Assembly (NCBI GenBank): GCA_977018835.1
Contig: OZ361256.1
Coordinates: 4,836,001 to 4,900,000 of the forward strand
Length of the DNA: 64,000 nucleotides
Reading direction: 5' to 3'
Origin: Minutocellus sp. GHC0000111
Taxonomy: Eukaryota
Every line of letters begins with the position of its first letter. Position 1 is the first letter of the stretch. The notes under the pieces are model-generated. The model was not told where the DNA came from. It worked only from the letters and a program-made list of their open reading frames with translations, and ran no database searches. A program made the translations under genes and the position numbers. Below are positions 32,505 through 43,785 of the stretch, piece by piece.

Positions 32505-33956
32505 TCATTGTCCATAGTCGTAGTTGTGAATATGACGAACAAATCTTGCGAGTTCCGTTGGCATCCACGACGATGTTCGCTTCTCTTGCTTCTCTGCATC
32601 ACTGAGTCTGTGAAATAGGTACCCTAAATGCCCTCCGAATTGGGTTCGAACCATCTTTATTGGAGTCTTGCCTCCTCCATCGACAGATTTGTCGATGGGG
32701 TGGAAGGTCGGGTCAAAGAATGGGTCGTCACCTGCGTTCACAATAAACGTCGGGACGGCAATTGTGTCAAGAAAGTACACGCAGCTCGACTGACGGTAGT
32801 AGTCAATGTTGCTCTCAAATCCATACACTGGGGCAATGAAGCTATCATCGAAATCGGCAATGGCAGTGGCTCTCATCACTCTGGCGTAATCGAACGCTGT
32901 GGTTAGGGGGTTGCCCTCGCAATGGACGTCCAGTTGGTACTGTGCTCGCTTCTTGAGAGTCTTCAAAAAATTTTTGGAGTACACCGCTCGATTGAATCCT
33001 GGCGCATCGATACACTTGATGTTGCGCTCCAAATCATATGGAGCACCAGTCACCGAAGCGCCCTGCACATTGTACTTGGTCATTGCAGTTTCTCCCAGCT
33101 CACCTAATGTCTTGAGTACGACATTGGCGCCCAAAGAGAAGCCCGATAGGTAGACCGGACGTCCTTCGGTCTCATTGCTCTTCCAGGTCTCTTTCAATAC
33201 TTCAAGGAAATGTCGCAAATCGTCTGTGAATCCCAAGTGATAGCCTCCAAGCGTCAAGTTGGGCGTCCCGCAGCATCCCCTGAAGTTGAGACATACTACA
33301 TCAAACCCATCCGTTTGGTATGCATTTGCCATGTCGGTTGATAGACTACTATTCGAATTGCTTTCCAGACCGTGGATCAGTACGATCGTTCCCTTGCTAT
33401 CTTCAGATTGCCACGTAGACGAGGGTTTGCCAGCGTACTTGACGTCGGCATGGAAGAAATCTGCACCGCACTGCGTCTCCACACGAACTCTGCGATCCCA
33501 GTAGTCACATACACCTTCGTCTCTGGCCGAATTGTCAATGGAAGCCACCGCTGTGAGTATCTGGGTAATTCCAGCCAAACCCGGTTCGGACACGTACGAG
33601 CATCCCTCGCTCTTTCGCAAAATGACTCCACTGATAGTCTGAAGATGAGGGTTGCCAAAGCCAGGCAGAGGATCAAATTTGGACGGAACAAAAGTCTCGG
33701 CGACCTCGCGATGCTTGGTCTGCATCTCCCTCAAAAGGTCCTCATTCTCGGGAATGATGCTCGGCGGTGGCCGAGATGGTTCCGATGGACGCTGCTGTCT
33801 TTGAGTGGCGGATTCACTTGCCGTTTCGAAGGAGAATGCCGCCACATGGACCGCTGACGAAGATGATGAAGAGATGAGCGGTGCGAGTACATGTACAAGG
33901 AGCAGGGCCACTGCTGGCGCTCCCAAACTACGAGTAGACAATCGTCGTGATCGCAT
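32505..33956 (-). CDS. Alpha/beta hydrolase, YheT/ABHD1-3 family, probably plastid-targeted
   Basis: NPHLQTI, HGLES, NFRGC, GFSLGAN (nucleophile), NAGDDPF, GGHLG; presequence ...HVAA|FSF. Start uncertain. Confidence 0.9.
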   Translation of the reverse strand: MRSRRLSTRSLGAPAVALLLVHVLAPLISSSSSSAVHVAAFSFETASESATQRQQRPSEPSRPPPSIIPENEDLLREMQTKHREVAETFVPSKFDPLPGFGNPHLQTISGVILRKSEGCSYVSEPGLAGITQILTAVASIDNSARDEGVCDYWDRRVRVETQCGADFFHADVKYAGKPSSTWQSEDSKGTIVLIHGLESNSNSSLSTDMANAYQTDGFDVVCLNFRGCCGTPNLTLGGYHLGFTDDLRHFLEVLKETWKSNETEGRPVYLSGFSLGANVVLKTLGELGETAMTKYNVQGASVTGAPYDLERNIKCIDAPGFNRAVYSKNFLKTLKKRAQYQLDVHCEGNPLTTAFDYARVMRATAIADFDDSFIAPVYGFESNIDYYRQSSCVYFLDTIAVPTFIVNAGDDPFFDPTFHPIDKSVDGGGKTPIKMVRTQFGGHLGYLFHRLSDAEKQEKRTSSWMPTELARFVRHIHNYDYGQ

Positions 33957-34168
33957 CTCCGGCACTTTTTCCTCTGGTACATAAAAATGGTGGGCCGGCC
34001 TTTGATGAGTGGCTGCTGCGTCATTCTTCGCGGTATCGGTATCGCGATATCGGCGATTTCGATTTCGCATCGAGAAGAGACCCGGAAACATTTTGTGGCG
34101 GTTTGCGGGCAGCAAGGTAGGTTGACTGCTTCATTTTTCGGGGCAACAACAGGAGTCAATCGAGCACC

Positions 34169-34528
34169 ATGGCGGACCTGGGCGGCGACGCAGCGGCAGC
34201 GGAGGATGAGGGAGATTTGTACGGAGATCTAGAGTCTGTCCCTCTTGCCAAAAAGGCCAAGCCATCCATGGCAAGCGCATCCGCCGCAGGCACCGCCAGT
34301 GCTACCAGTGGCACGCCTGGCATCGCACCGCTGACGCTCCATGGCATCGGCAAGGTGTACGATGAGGCTGCCATGCAACAGTTGCGGGCGGACAACGACC
34401 GTCTCCGGGCGGAGAACGAGGCGTTGAAGCGCAACATCGGCACGCTCTACCGGACCGCCAAGGCGGAGCTCGCACGGAAAGATGAGCGCATCGCGTCGCT
34501 GCAGGGACAGGTGGATTCCAAGATGTGA
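34169..34528 (+). CDS. Small coiled-coil protein resembling the FLASH/CASP8AP2 N-terminal domain
   Basis: EDEGDLYGDLES near the N-terminus and ENEALKRNIGTLYRTAKAELARKDERIASL coiled coil. Confidence 0.6.
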   Translation: MADLGGDAAAAEDEGDLYGDLESVPLAKKAKPSMASASAAGTASATSGTPGIAPLTLHGIGKVYDEAAMQQLRADNDRLRAENEALKRNIGTLYRTAKAELARKDERIASLQGQVDSKM

Positions 34529-35389
34529 ACAAAGAGAGCTGTGGTGGCAATGGGTTTACCGGATATACACCGTGTTGGGGGATAAATCGTACAACGCCAT
34601 ACAACGTTTCAATAATCATATTGAGATTGCGTCGTCTGTCGTCTGGTATCGATTTACAACCATGCACTTGAATTGCTCAGAGGGACGCCGTGTAGAAAAA
34701 TGCCATTTGTTTCTGACGGAAGAACTGAACTCTACCAGCAGTTCGACCCAAGAGCGAAGTTCTCGCTTTATCTTTCTATTGCGCATTCATCGGAGATCTC
34801 TTGAGGTAGCCCAATGCCACCTGTCTCTAACGAGATTTTTATTGATAGTGCGAGGACCACGTGTGCACATCTTTTTGCGCTCTCTTGCCGGAGACGCAAC
34901 AAATTATTGAGTGGGGGTAACGTACTTGCCTCTGAGCAGCCGATGTTGTTGTTGAAGTGCGCTCTCGGGATCACATTTTTGCCCAATGACGATTAAGGAA
35001 AGGAAAAGAAGTGGGAAGAGACACATGCACACATAGATCGACACACACTGCGCCTGTTTCTTCCGACCGACCGACCGCCAGCACACAATAATAACCAAGC
35101 TCTGCTGCTGTTTGCTGCCGCCTTGTGTGGACTTATCATCACTGGAAGATAAAAATATATGTGCGTATGGGGTAGGCATAATAATTCGAAGTATTACATG
35201 ATGTATTACTTGTAATCAAAGGTCGTACCGGTACCGTCATGTTCGTGTACCGTACTACCGTGGTTGATCAGGCGAAAGCAGTTGACTCGACTCTACTCGA
35301 CTCACCCGACTGTTGAGAAGAGGAAAGCTCTCCGCTCCTCATTCATTCATCCATTCAGTATCCATTCCATTTCATCACAGGTATCCACC

Positions 35390-38131
35390 ATGATGATGAT
35401 GAGAGGCTTCTCCGTATCTCCTCGATTGGAGGTATCCCTCCGAGTCGCCCTGGTTACTCTCATTACCTCAGCGCTCTCGGTCGCTTATATCCCCTCGGCA
35501 GTCCCTCCGGCTTTGTCACAGCTGATTGGGATCTTCGGTGCCGCATTTGCCCTGTCGCTACCACATGTCTTATTCATAATCGGTGCTGCCATCCCACTGG
35601 CGATTGTTGCCATCGTCGTGGGTCTACTCGGTGGTACATCCCTGTTGGCAGCAGCTACCGTTAGTAATGGCGTCTACGTCGCAGTCTTTGCCATATATGC
35701 TCTTTATTGCACATCGTTGAGCTATGGTCCCGATGCGAGCAAGACTTCAAGCTTCAGCAACATTTTAATTGTTTCCGCTGGCCTGTTGAGCCTCGGTAGT
35801 TGGCAACTAGTACAAAATGGCCTGCAAATAACTGTCGATTTCCCATATGAACAGGGAAATTCTACCCAGCACTTTTTGGCCGATGCAATCGCTGCCCTAT
35901 CGGAAAAGATATGTGGCGAAGGTACGGAGTGCGCCGAGGAATTGGCCACTCTCGTTCCTCCGGGTAGGATGTTCGCCATTCCTGGCGACTCCAATTTCGC
36001 TGGCCAAGAGGCCAGCATATCATGCGAAGATTTTGTCTGCACAATAACCGTCCCTGGTGGTTTGTGGATCGTATCGGGATTTTGGACCTGGCAGGGCCTC
36101 AATAATCCGCTGGCGGTATTTCGCAATTTTCTCATCTGCATGTGTTGGGCACTTCTTGTGATCTGCATCGGAATTGCCCTTCCTCCTATTCGAACAATGA
36201 GGAAAGTCTATGCTCAGGGAATCGTTCCGACCTCAATCGCTGACAGCACAGCGCTTATTGAGGCAAGAGCGAAGGAGCTAGACGGGCAATACGAGAGCAG
36301 CGATGTCGTGGATGACACAAATGGCAACAAAAATTTGTCGGAAACGGAGGCAAAATGCATCCACCATGCCATAGAGAATGCATCGGGCGGTAAGGCACCG
36401 CTGACAGCATATGAACCTAGATGCTACACGAATCCACTAGAATGTACTTGGCCGCTGCTCAAACACGTGGGGGAAACTACCAATCGTCTTGCACTTGCTG
36501 CGATAGGTTGCGAGCTTAGACTTCATTTCAGCGAGCGCGAAACGAATGCCGACAAGGAGAAATTTAAGAAAGATATCGAGTTGCTAAAATCCTGCTCCGA
36601 TGCGCTTCGGACCCTCGACATCGATACTTTTGCACCTACTGAGTCAAGGAACCAGACTACTTCAACAGATGAAGAGGGTGGACCCATAAAAGAAGAAGAA
36701 TTCAGCTATTTCGTGCGATCTATCGGCCAGATTACGAAAGAAATGATGCAAAATACCAACGCTTGGCTAAGTGCCATGCATAAACCGCGATACACAGGCA
36801 TGAAAGATCTTGCAATATCTTTTTTGCCATGGGTCCTTCCAATGTTCGTATTTCTCAAGTCTCTATTTGCGAATCTATTACTTCCGTTTCAGCCAAAGAG
36901 ATGGAATCTGCGATCATTCGTCACTGCGGTCAAATTTGCGTCAGGAGTTGTGATATTGGTTGTGTGCGAAGTTTACTGGGTGCAATACAGGGGCTTCGCT
37001 GTGGGAGAGTCCAAGACTGTCGCTCCCGAGGCACCCAATGGTCCAATTGCAGTGACTTTGGACTCCGCCCCAAATGTTTATTCTGGCTGGAATCTACTCA
37101 GCTACATATTGGCGACAACCGCAACCAGTGAAGGCACCGTAAAAAAGGGATTCTTCCGGATGCTTGGGACTGCTTCAGGCGCTTTCATGGGATGGCTTGC
37201 TATAATTATTTGCAGTGGCAGCTATGATTCGTCGACACCCGTGAATATGTACGCATTGGTTGCTTGGCTCACTCTTACTACGGGAGTCGTCGCTTATTTT
37301 AGCATTCCGCCTGGCCCTGCTGCATTTTTTGGTCTCGGTCAGAATGCTGGTATGGCTGGAATGTACATCGCAATGACTCAAGCATTGGTGGCATTGGAAG
37401 TTGCCCTGGATGTTGGCGAAAGAGACGTCATTGTTTCCAATCGAGTAGTTGCTACAGTTACCGGGGTACTCATGGCTATGATTGTTGCCGTCATTCCACC
37501 GCAACGCCGGGGATCGGATATTGAGCCCATCAAGGCGCTTCTTCAGCAGGTAGAGGAAGCCTTCGCCTCAGGTTGTCGGATTATGCTCGAAGAAAGACGG
37601 TCCGGTGGAGAAGAAGCCAAGAAAGCGCTTGATGACTTGAGAGAGGAATTTACTGAAAAGGCTCACCAGGCAAAGAGAAAGATAGATTTTCTTTTGAAGG
37701 ATGCGTCACAATTGGGAGCTGCTCCTTTTCTTCGAGTAGATGAGAGGCTATCGCATGAAATGGAGGAAATAGCCGTGACAGCAGTGTATGTCATCATGTT
37801 TCTAGAATTCGCAGCGCATGTTGCTATGGATGATGAAGTTACGCTGGATGAAAAAGAGCTTGCTACATTCAAGGAGGAGATGAACGGAGTGCTTCGAAGA
37901 GTTGAGTGCATTGGAAAGAAGAGATATGAGGTGAAAATGGACAGTGTGGATGATGGTGACGGGGGCGGTGGCGATGATGATGATGATTTGCCCACTTTTA
38001 TGAAGCAGATTGGTTCCGAGAGAGAAGAGCCAGATCTTCTTTTGAATGCAGCTCGTTTTCTGTGCGACAAGCTGGAAAAGCAAGAGCTCTACATTGCAAA
38101 TATTGAGAAGGGGCCGAAGGGGCGCACTTAA
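35390..38131 (+). CDS. FUSC/aromatic-acid-exporter (ALMT-related) membrane protein
   Basis: Two TM bundles separated by a helical cytosolic region; EGTVKKGFFRMLGTASGAFMGW and NRVVATVTGV motifs. Confidence 0.7.
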   Translation: MMMMRGFSVSPRLEVSLRVALVTLITSALSVAYIPSAVPPALSQLIGIFGAAFALSLPHVLFIIGAAIPLAIVAIVVGLLGGTSLLAAATVSNGVYVAVFAIYALYCTSLSYGPDASKTSSFSNILIVSAGLLSLGSWQLVQNGLQITVDFPYEQGNSTQHFLADAIAALSEKICGEGTECAEELATLVPPGRMFAIPGDSNFAGQEASISCEDFVCTITVPGGLWIVSGFWTWQGLNNPLAVFRNFLICMCWALLVICIGIALPPIRTMRKVYAQGIVPTSIADSTALIEARAKELDGQYESSDVVDDTNGNKNLSETEAKCIHHAIENASGGKAPLTAYEPRCYTNPLECTWPLLKHVGETTNRLALAAIGCELRLHFSERETNADKEKFKKDIELLKSCSDALRTLDIDTFAPTESRNQTTSTDEEGGPIKEEEFSYFVRSIGQITKEMMQNTNAWLSAMHKPRYTGMKDLAISFLPWVLPMFVFLKSLFANLLLPFQPKRWNLRSFVTAVKFASGVVILVVCEVYWVQYRGFAVGESKTVAPEAPNGPIAVTLDSAPNVYSGWNLLSYILATTATSEGTVKKGFFRMLGTASGAFMGWLAIIICSGSYDSSTPVNMYALVAWLTLTTGVVAYFSIPPGPAAFFGLGQNAGMAGMYIAMTQALVALEVALDVGERDVIVSNRVVATVTGVLMAMIVAVIPPQRRGSDIEPIKALLQQVEEAFASGCRIMLEERRSGGEEAKKALDDLREEFTEKAHQAKRKIDFLLKDASQLGAAPFLRVDERLSHEMEEIAVTAVYVIMFLEFAAHVAMDDEVTLDEKELATFKEEMNGVLRRVECIGKKRYEVKMDSVDDGDGGGGDDDDDLPTFMKQIGSEREEPDLLLNAARFLCDKLEKQELYIANIEKGPKGRT

Positions 38132-38249
38132 TCAATCAAACTGTTGCTAGAATACAGCTAGCTAGAGCATACGTGTACCGGTACGTAGCTCTAGCTTTGT
38201 AGATCTACATGTACATGCCAGCATGTGTGTACATGTATGTAGAATCAGT

Positions 38250-39090
38250 ATGAGAGTGGCGGATGCTCTAATGGTGACGGATTCTCGGCTCGTCATTCGA
38301 GTCGAGAATATGGTTACTACGAGCAGTTTAGAGGATTTAGAAGTGGACCTGAACGGCGCTACGAGTAATTATTTGCGGCTGACTTTGCTTGTCCTACTTT
38401 CTTCGCTTCTCATCTTCTGATTATGTCGATCCTATAAACGTCTATGTACATGTAGAAAACTGTTATATATGTATGTAGTTCCTAGAGAGAGATCTACCGC
38501 GCGGCGACCCCAAGTCAGGCGCCGAGAGCAACATTTCGAAAAGACGACAAAAAGAAGCATTGAATTCACCCGCGCGCGCCACGCGCCGCCGCGCGTCCGA
38601 TGGACCGATGGACTGCCCGAAGCGCTGATTGCTGATGAAGCCTACATGTACATGTACGGCGGTAGCTCGGGGTGATGCGGTATACAATTCGCCCATTTTC
38701 GAGACTGAGGTCAAGGGTGGAGCTTATTCTGTCACCCTACACCTGTGTCGTCGAGCGCTTGCCGGTGCCATTGCCCGAGGTCTCTCTCCCTGCACAAGAG
38801 GTCACGATTGCATTTTGTTCGAGGCTCGAGGGTAGAGGCAGTTAGGGTCGCTGAGGAGGCAAAGAATCATTTTGAGACTGGTAGGTGCTCTGATAGTAAC
38901 GGATTCTCGGCTCGTCATTCGAGTCGAGAATGTGGTTACTACGAGCAGTTTAGAGGATTTAGAAGTGGACCTGAACGGCGCTATGAGAAATAATTTTCAG
39001 CTGGTTTTGCTTGTTCTAACCTACTTTCTCCACTTTCCAACGCCTGAGTATGTCAACATGATAAAACGACTATGTAGAAAATTGTTATAC
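38250..39090. repeat. Diverged direct repeat pair (about 38250-38470 and about 38872-39090)
   Basis: Shared core GACGG/AACGGATTCTCGGCTCGTCATTCGAGTCGAGAAT(A/G)TGGTTACTACGAGCAGTTTAGAGGATTTAGAAGTGGACCTGAACGGCGCTA; weaker similarity out to TGTAGAAAA..GTTATA. Confidence 0.85.
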
Positions 39091-39181
39091 ATGCTGTACG
39101 GCGCCTGACTACTACTGCCTGGCTGCACACCGACTGAGCTAGATCCATTGATCGTTCACTACTCGTACTCGACTTACATGC

Positions 39182-42100
39182 ATGCAGATGCCACAGGCAG
39201 CAGTTGCCGCACCCGGCCCTGTGCCACCAAGTGATGGCGGTGGTGCCGGTGATGAAACGAAGACGGAGATGGGCGACACGGAGAAACACCAACTAATCCG
39301 CAAATGCGATGCAGAACCCTTGGACGTCTTCACTGGTAGGGGGAACTTTGCCCACCCCGGCAATGCACGCTTCCTTCGGCTGGTGGCCGAGCGAAGGGTG
39401 GACTATGTCTCGGCCAAGTGCTCGCAGAAGGAAAAGAATGCAGCCGAGGTTGTGCACCTGGCTTACTCGGGTGCCGAGGAATGCGACGGCGGAGGCCCGG
39501 GCAACTCGCAGCAGCCAGTGCGATTGAAGCGGGAGATCCAACGGACCCGCACTCTCTTTGGCAAGTCATTACAGGCAAGGACGTAATGGATAAGGTCAAA
39601 ATGAAGCTGAGGCAAAAACCACGGGGCAGCGACAAACAGACGAAGGCCGCTGCTGCCGACGGTGGCCAGTCCGGTATTGTCACACCCGGTGTCTCCACCA
39701 GCAATAATGATGGGGTCCAATGCGAAGCTGAGAAATCAATAACCAATGGGGCCAAATGTGAGGATGGTAAGCCCGTGTTCCGCAAACAACTACGGTGGGA
39801 GTTGCTCAAACGGATCCCTCTGCCACGGTGGGGACGTCCCACCTGCCTTCTTGTTGTCGTCGTCCAGATCGTCTAGTAGATCGGGAGATCGGCAGCAGTA
39901 CCTCCTCGATGTTCTTCATTGTGCAAGAGTTACTACCAAAGGACTTTGCTCAAAGTATGGCAGAAAGTCAGACCTTGAGATGGGAGCTACATGTACTAGC
40001 GATTCTGACCCTGACCAAAATCTGGTCAAGGATTTGTTTCAACTTGGGGAAATCTGTACTCTATGCTAACTCAAACGGAGAGCACGGAACTGGCACCAGC
40101 TACGGCAGAGCCAATGGAGCCAGCTCACAAAGATTCTTTTAGCAGCTCCAGCGACGTGCGTCTTGCCAAAAGACACGGGCGGGCAGCTGCGGGGAGTAGT
40201 GCTTCATCAAGGTGCCTCTTACGGATTTCGGATTTCCTCCGAATCTTGATATTTTCGTGAGTTCACTTCTTCATTCCGGATCTGACTGGGCCGAGAATGA
40301 GTTCGAGTCAATATTCGAGGTAGATGAAATATTGGAGACAATGATCGATTTTTTTCGTGAGTTCACTTCTTCATTCCGGATCTGACTGGGCCGAGAATGA
40401 GTTCGAGTCAATATTCGAGGTAGATGAAATATTGGAGACAATGATCGATTTCCCTGAAAAATATTTGTTCGATTTGCCTCCCAGCGCTTCGACCGGTACC
40501 CTCAATATTCCAGCCAAGATATACGGTCAAGATCGGCAAAGAGCAAAACTCATGGGTGCCTTTCAGAGTGTATTTATTTACGTGCTAGGATGCCCGTGGT
40601 CTTGCTGTCATATCCGGCCGAGCGGGCAGTGGGAAGGTGCGTTATTGCTTTACAGTTATTTGCTTATTTGTATCCCCTCTTGATACCCGTCCGTCCTCCT
40701 TGCTTCTTCGCGCTAATATCCCCAAGCCAACGTTTTGCTCTTTTTCTATGGCTTGTGCCCTCCCTGAAATAATAGACGACTCTGGTCAATACACTTACCG
40801 AACCTCTTTCCAAAAGAGGCGGCAAAGTAATACCGATCAAATTCAACAGGCAAGCGACGGAGGCACCAGTCTCTGAGATTTTTCGCTCGTTCGATAACTA
40901 CTGTCTTGAGTTGCAACGAGCTAGCTGACGACACACGAATGTTCTTGCAAGTTAGTGCGTCCGTAAAGAGCGCTCTGGGACCAGCATGTCAAGTACTCGC
41001 TACACAAATGCCTAACCTTTCGAACCTTACCGGAGATATGTCTCCAGGGCTTCATCTTGAAATGAACAGCAAAGAAATGTATAACTTTATCCATTTTGCC
41101 CTGCAGGTCTTCGTCCGGGCCATTGCCTCGCCTTCTCGTCTAATCGTGATTTTCTTTGATGACATTCAATGGGCCGACGAGGAAAGTTTGGGCATTATCA
41201 AGAGATGGATTACCGATACCGACATTCCAGCTCACTCGATTTTATTTGTCATTTGCTATCGAGATGAAGAAGTCCAGACTGATCACTCATTGGCGGAAAT
41301 TCTGGGAGAAATATCTTTGTCTGGCATACTGATGTGGAACATATTCACTGAGGCGTTGAAGAGAGAAAATGTCAACTAGCTAATTAGTGAAACGCTTCAC
41401 CTATTTCCCCACCTGACTGCCCCGCTTGCAAGGGAAATTTTCAACAAGACCCAAGGAAATGCTATGTTTGTCCGTCAATTCTTACAGTCCCTTTTTGATG
41501 AGAGCTTACTTAAGTATTCGGCAAGTGAGAGACGCTGGTACTGGGATATCGAATCGATTCGGTCAATGAATGTTCCAGATTCTGCTGTCAAATTGTTATT
41601 GGATCGGATGAAGTCTTATGATGCCACCTCTCAACGGGTATTGCAAATAGCTGCACTCATTGGAAATCGCTTTTACGCCTCAACAATGCAAGTATTTGGT
41701 TACGGGGACATTCAAGGCGAGGGATCGTCCATTCTTTCGGCAATCGACTCTCTTGTGGAAGATGGCCTGGATGGATCCAAATTTCGCTTCGTTCATGATC
41801 AGATTTGGGCTGCTGCATCCTCACTGACACCTGTAGATCGCGAATCAATGCACCTCCATATTGGTCGGCAGCTGCTCAAGGGTGCCAGCTCCCATTCCAG
41901 GGAAAGCGTTGACATTCATTTGTCTGAAATCGTAGACCAAATGAATCGAGGGGTAGAGCTAATAGAAGATGGTGCGGAAAAGTTGACACTAGCCGAACTC
42001 AACTGCCGGGCCGGAAGGATTTCTGCAGAGACGTGTTCTTTTCTTCAAGCATCAATTTATTTTCTGCAGGGATCGGTGTTGCTCGATGAAAAAGACGCTT

Positions 42101-43687
42101 GGGAGAGCAATTATTCCCTTGCTCTCGAGCTGTACACAGGATGCACGGAGACTCAACTGGCGCTTGGTAGCCATAGCCTTGTTGAGATCTCTGTGAAACC
42201 TATTTTGGCCAACGGGAAGTGCCTCGATGACAAACTTCGAGCCTACATGGCACTTGTCACAGCTTTAGTAGCGCAGGGGGAACTAAGTGCTGCTCTGGGT
42301 CAATGTCTGGAGGTCCTCGAGTGTCTCGGCGAGCCACTTGCAGATCAAGCTAAGATTGATCAGTCCTTGGCAAAGGCCGAGCTGGTAAAGAGAGAGTTGG
42401 GGAAGACCAAGGAATTGGTCTCGACTTTACGGTTAGAAGATGTTATGAACATGCCTACCCTGGCTGACGAGAACAAAGCATCTGCGCTGCGTTTCCTTGT
42501 GCTTGCCTTCAGGATCTATTTCGCGAATGATCCACAGCTCTATGCCCTTGTCGTCCTCCGTTGTATTGCCATCACTTTCACACAAGGTTTGACACCGGAG
42601 GCTTCCATTGCGGTCGCAGCATATGCAAGTATCTTATGCAAGTTGGGACTTTATGATGATTCGGCTCGATTCGCGCGAATTGCAGCGGCGTTGCTGGAGA
42701 AGTATCGCAACCGTCATGGAAGTAGCGTCCACCTTCTCTTGAATTTGTCCATTCTTCCATACAAGCAACCCCTGCCCGCATGCAGCGATGGTTGTTATCG
42801 CTCCTACAAGGACACTATTGCAACGGGCGTCACCGAATGGGCGCTCCTAACCTTGTCTGCTTCAGCGATTATTGACTTTTTTGCCCCTAACGGAAGGACT
42901 ATTCGTGAAGTGGGCGAGCGATACTCTTGGGCGATAGAGGAGTTGGTGATGAATGATCACTATCAAGCGTTGCATCTACGCTATTATCAATTGGTGCTGA
43001 TAAATTTATCGACCACGTTCCCTGTTTCAGATGGCGTTATCGTCGAAGATCCTTCCCTGCTGAATGAAGACAGCATTTGGACGGAAGAGCGCTTTCAACG
43101 TTTCCAAGCATGCACGACCATCCCGCGCAAAAGCACGAGTCGTATTCTTCTGTCGGCTCTTTCTTGCCTACCACTTCCGCAACTACGAGGAAACAGTATC
43201 AATCGCTGCGAAGGTTCGAAGCTTTCACACGTCGAAAAGATTTCATTGCTCATTTGAGCTCATCCATGAAACATTTTATGCTGGCCTCGTTGCAATGTGG
43301 ATCGTCCGTCGAGGCGGTGACGACGGCGAAGGTACCTCGATATCGTTTGCCAATGACAAACTTGCAGAGATGAGGCTCTGGTCCGACATGGGGTCGTCCT
43401 GGAATTTTGAACACAAACACCAACTACTCTTGGCGGAGCGAGCCTTCATCGCTGGCGATATGGAGGTAGCAGCATCTTCTTATGACAAGTCTATCCAAGG
43501 TGCGAGGGATCGCCGGTTTTTCAATGAGGCTGCGCTTGCCAGTGAGTGTTCTGGTTTGTTCCATTTGGAATATGGCAATCTAGGAGAGGCAAGGAAATAT
43601 CTAGCAATGGCAGAAGAATCGTATCGCTTGTGGGGAGCTCTTCGAAAAGCAGAGGATGTTCGTTCAAGGTTGCAGTCAATGCCATAG
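39182..43687 (+). pseudogene. DUF6824-like domain + AAA_16/COG3899-type P-loop ATPase with helical C-terminus; multiply disrupted
   Basis: DVFTGRG..HPGNARF (DUF6824-like); KIYGQ; Walker A ISGRAGSGK|TT split by a GT-AG intron at about 40636-40775; Walker B VIFFDDIQWAD; KTQGNAMFV; FRFVHDQI; EAALASE. Several frameshifts, in-frame TAG at 41377, 100-bp duplication. Confidence 0.8.
40252..40451. repeat. Exact 100-bp tandem duplication (frame-breaking)
   Basis: 40252-40351 equals 40352-40451. Confidence 0.95.
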
Positions 43688-43785
43688 GTGTAGAGAGCCA
43701 TTCTGTTAATGTTCGAATACGTGTTTACATATACATTCAACCTTACCGCAGCTATGTGGTTAGCTTTACCACTACCATGGTGCCA

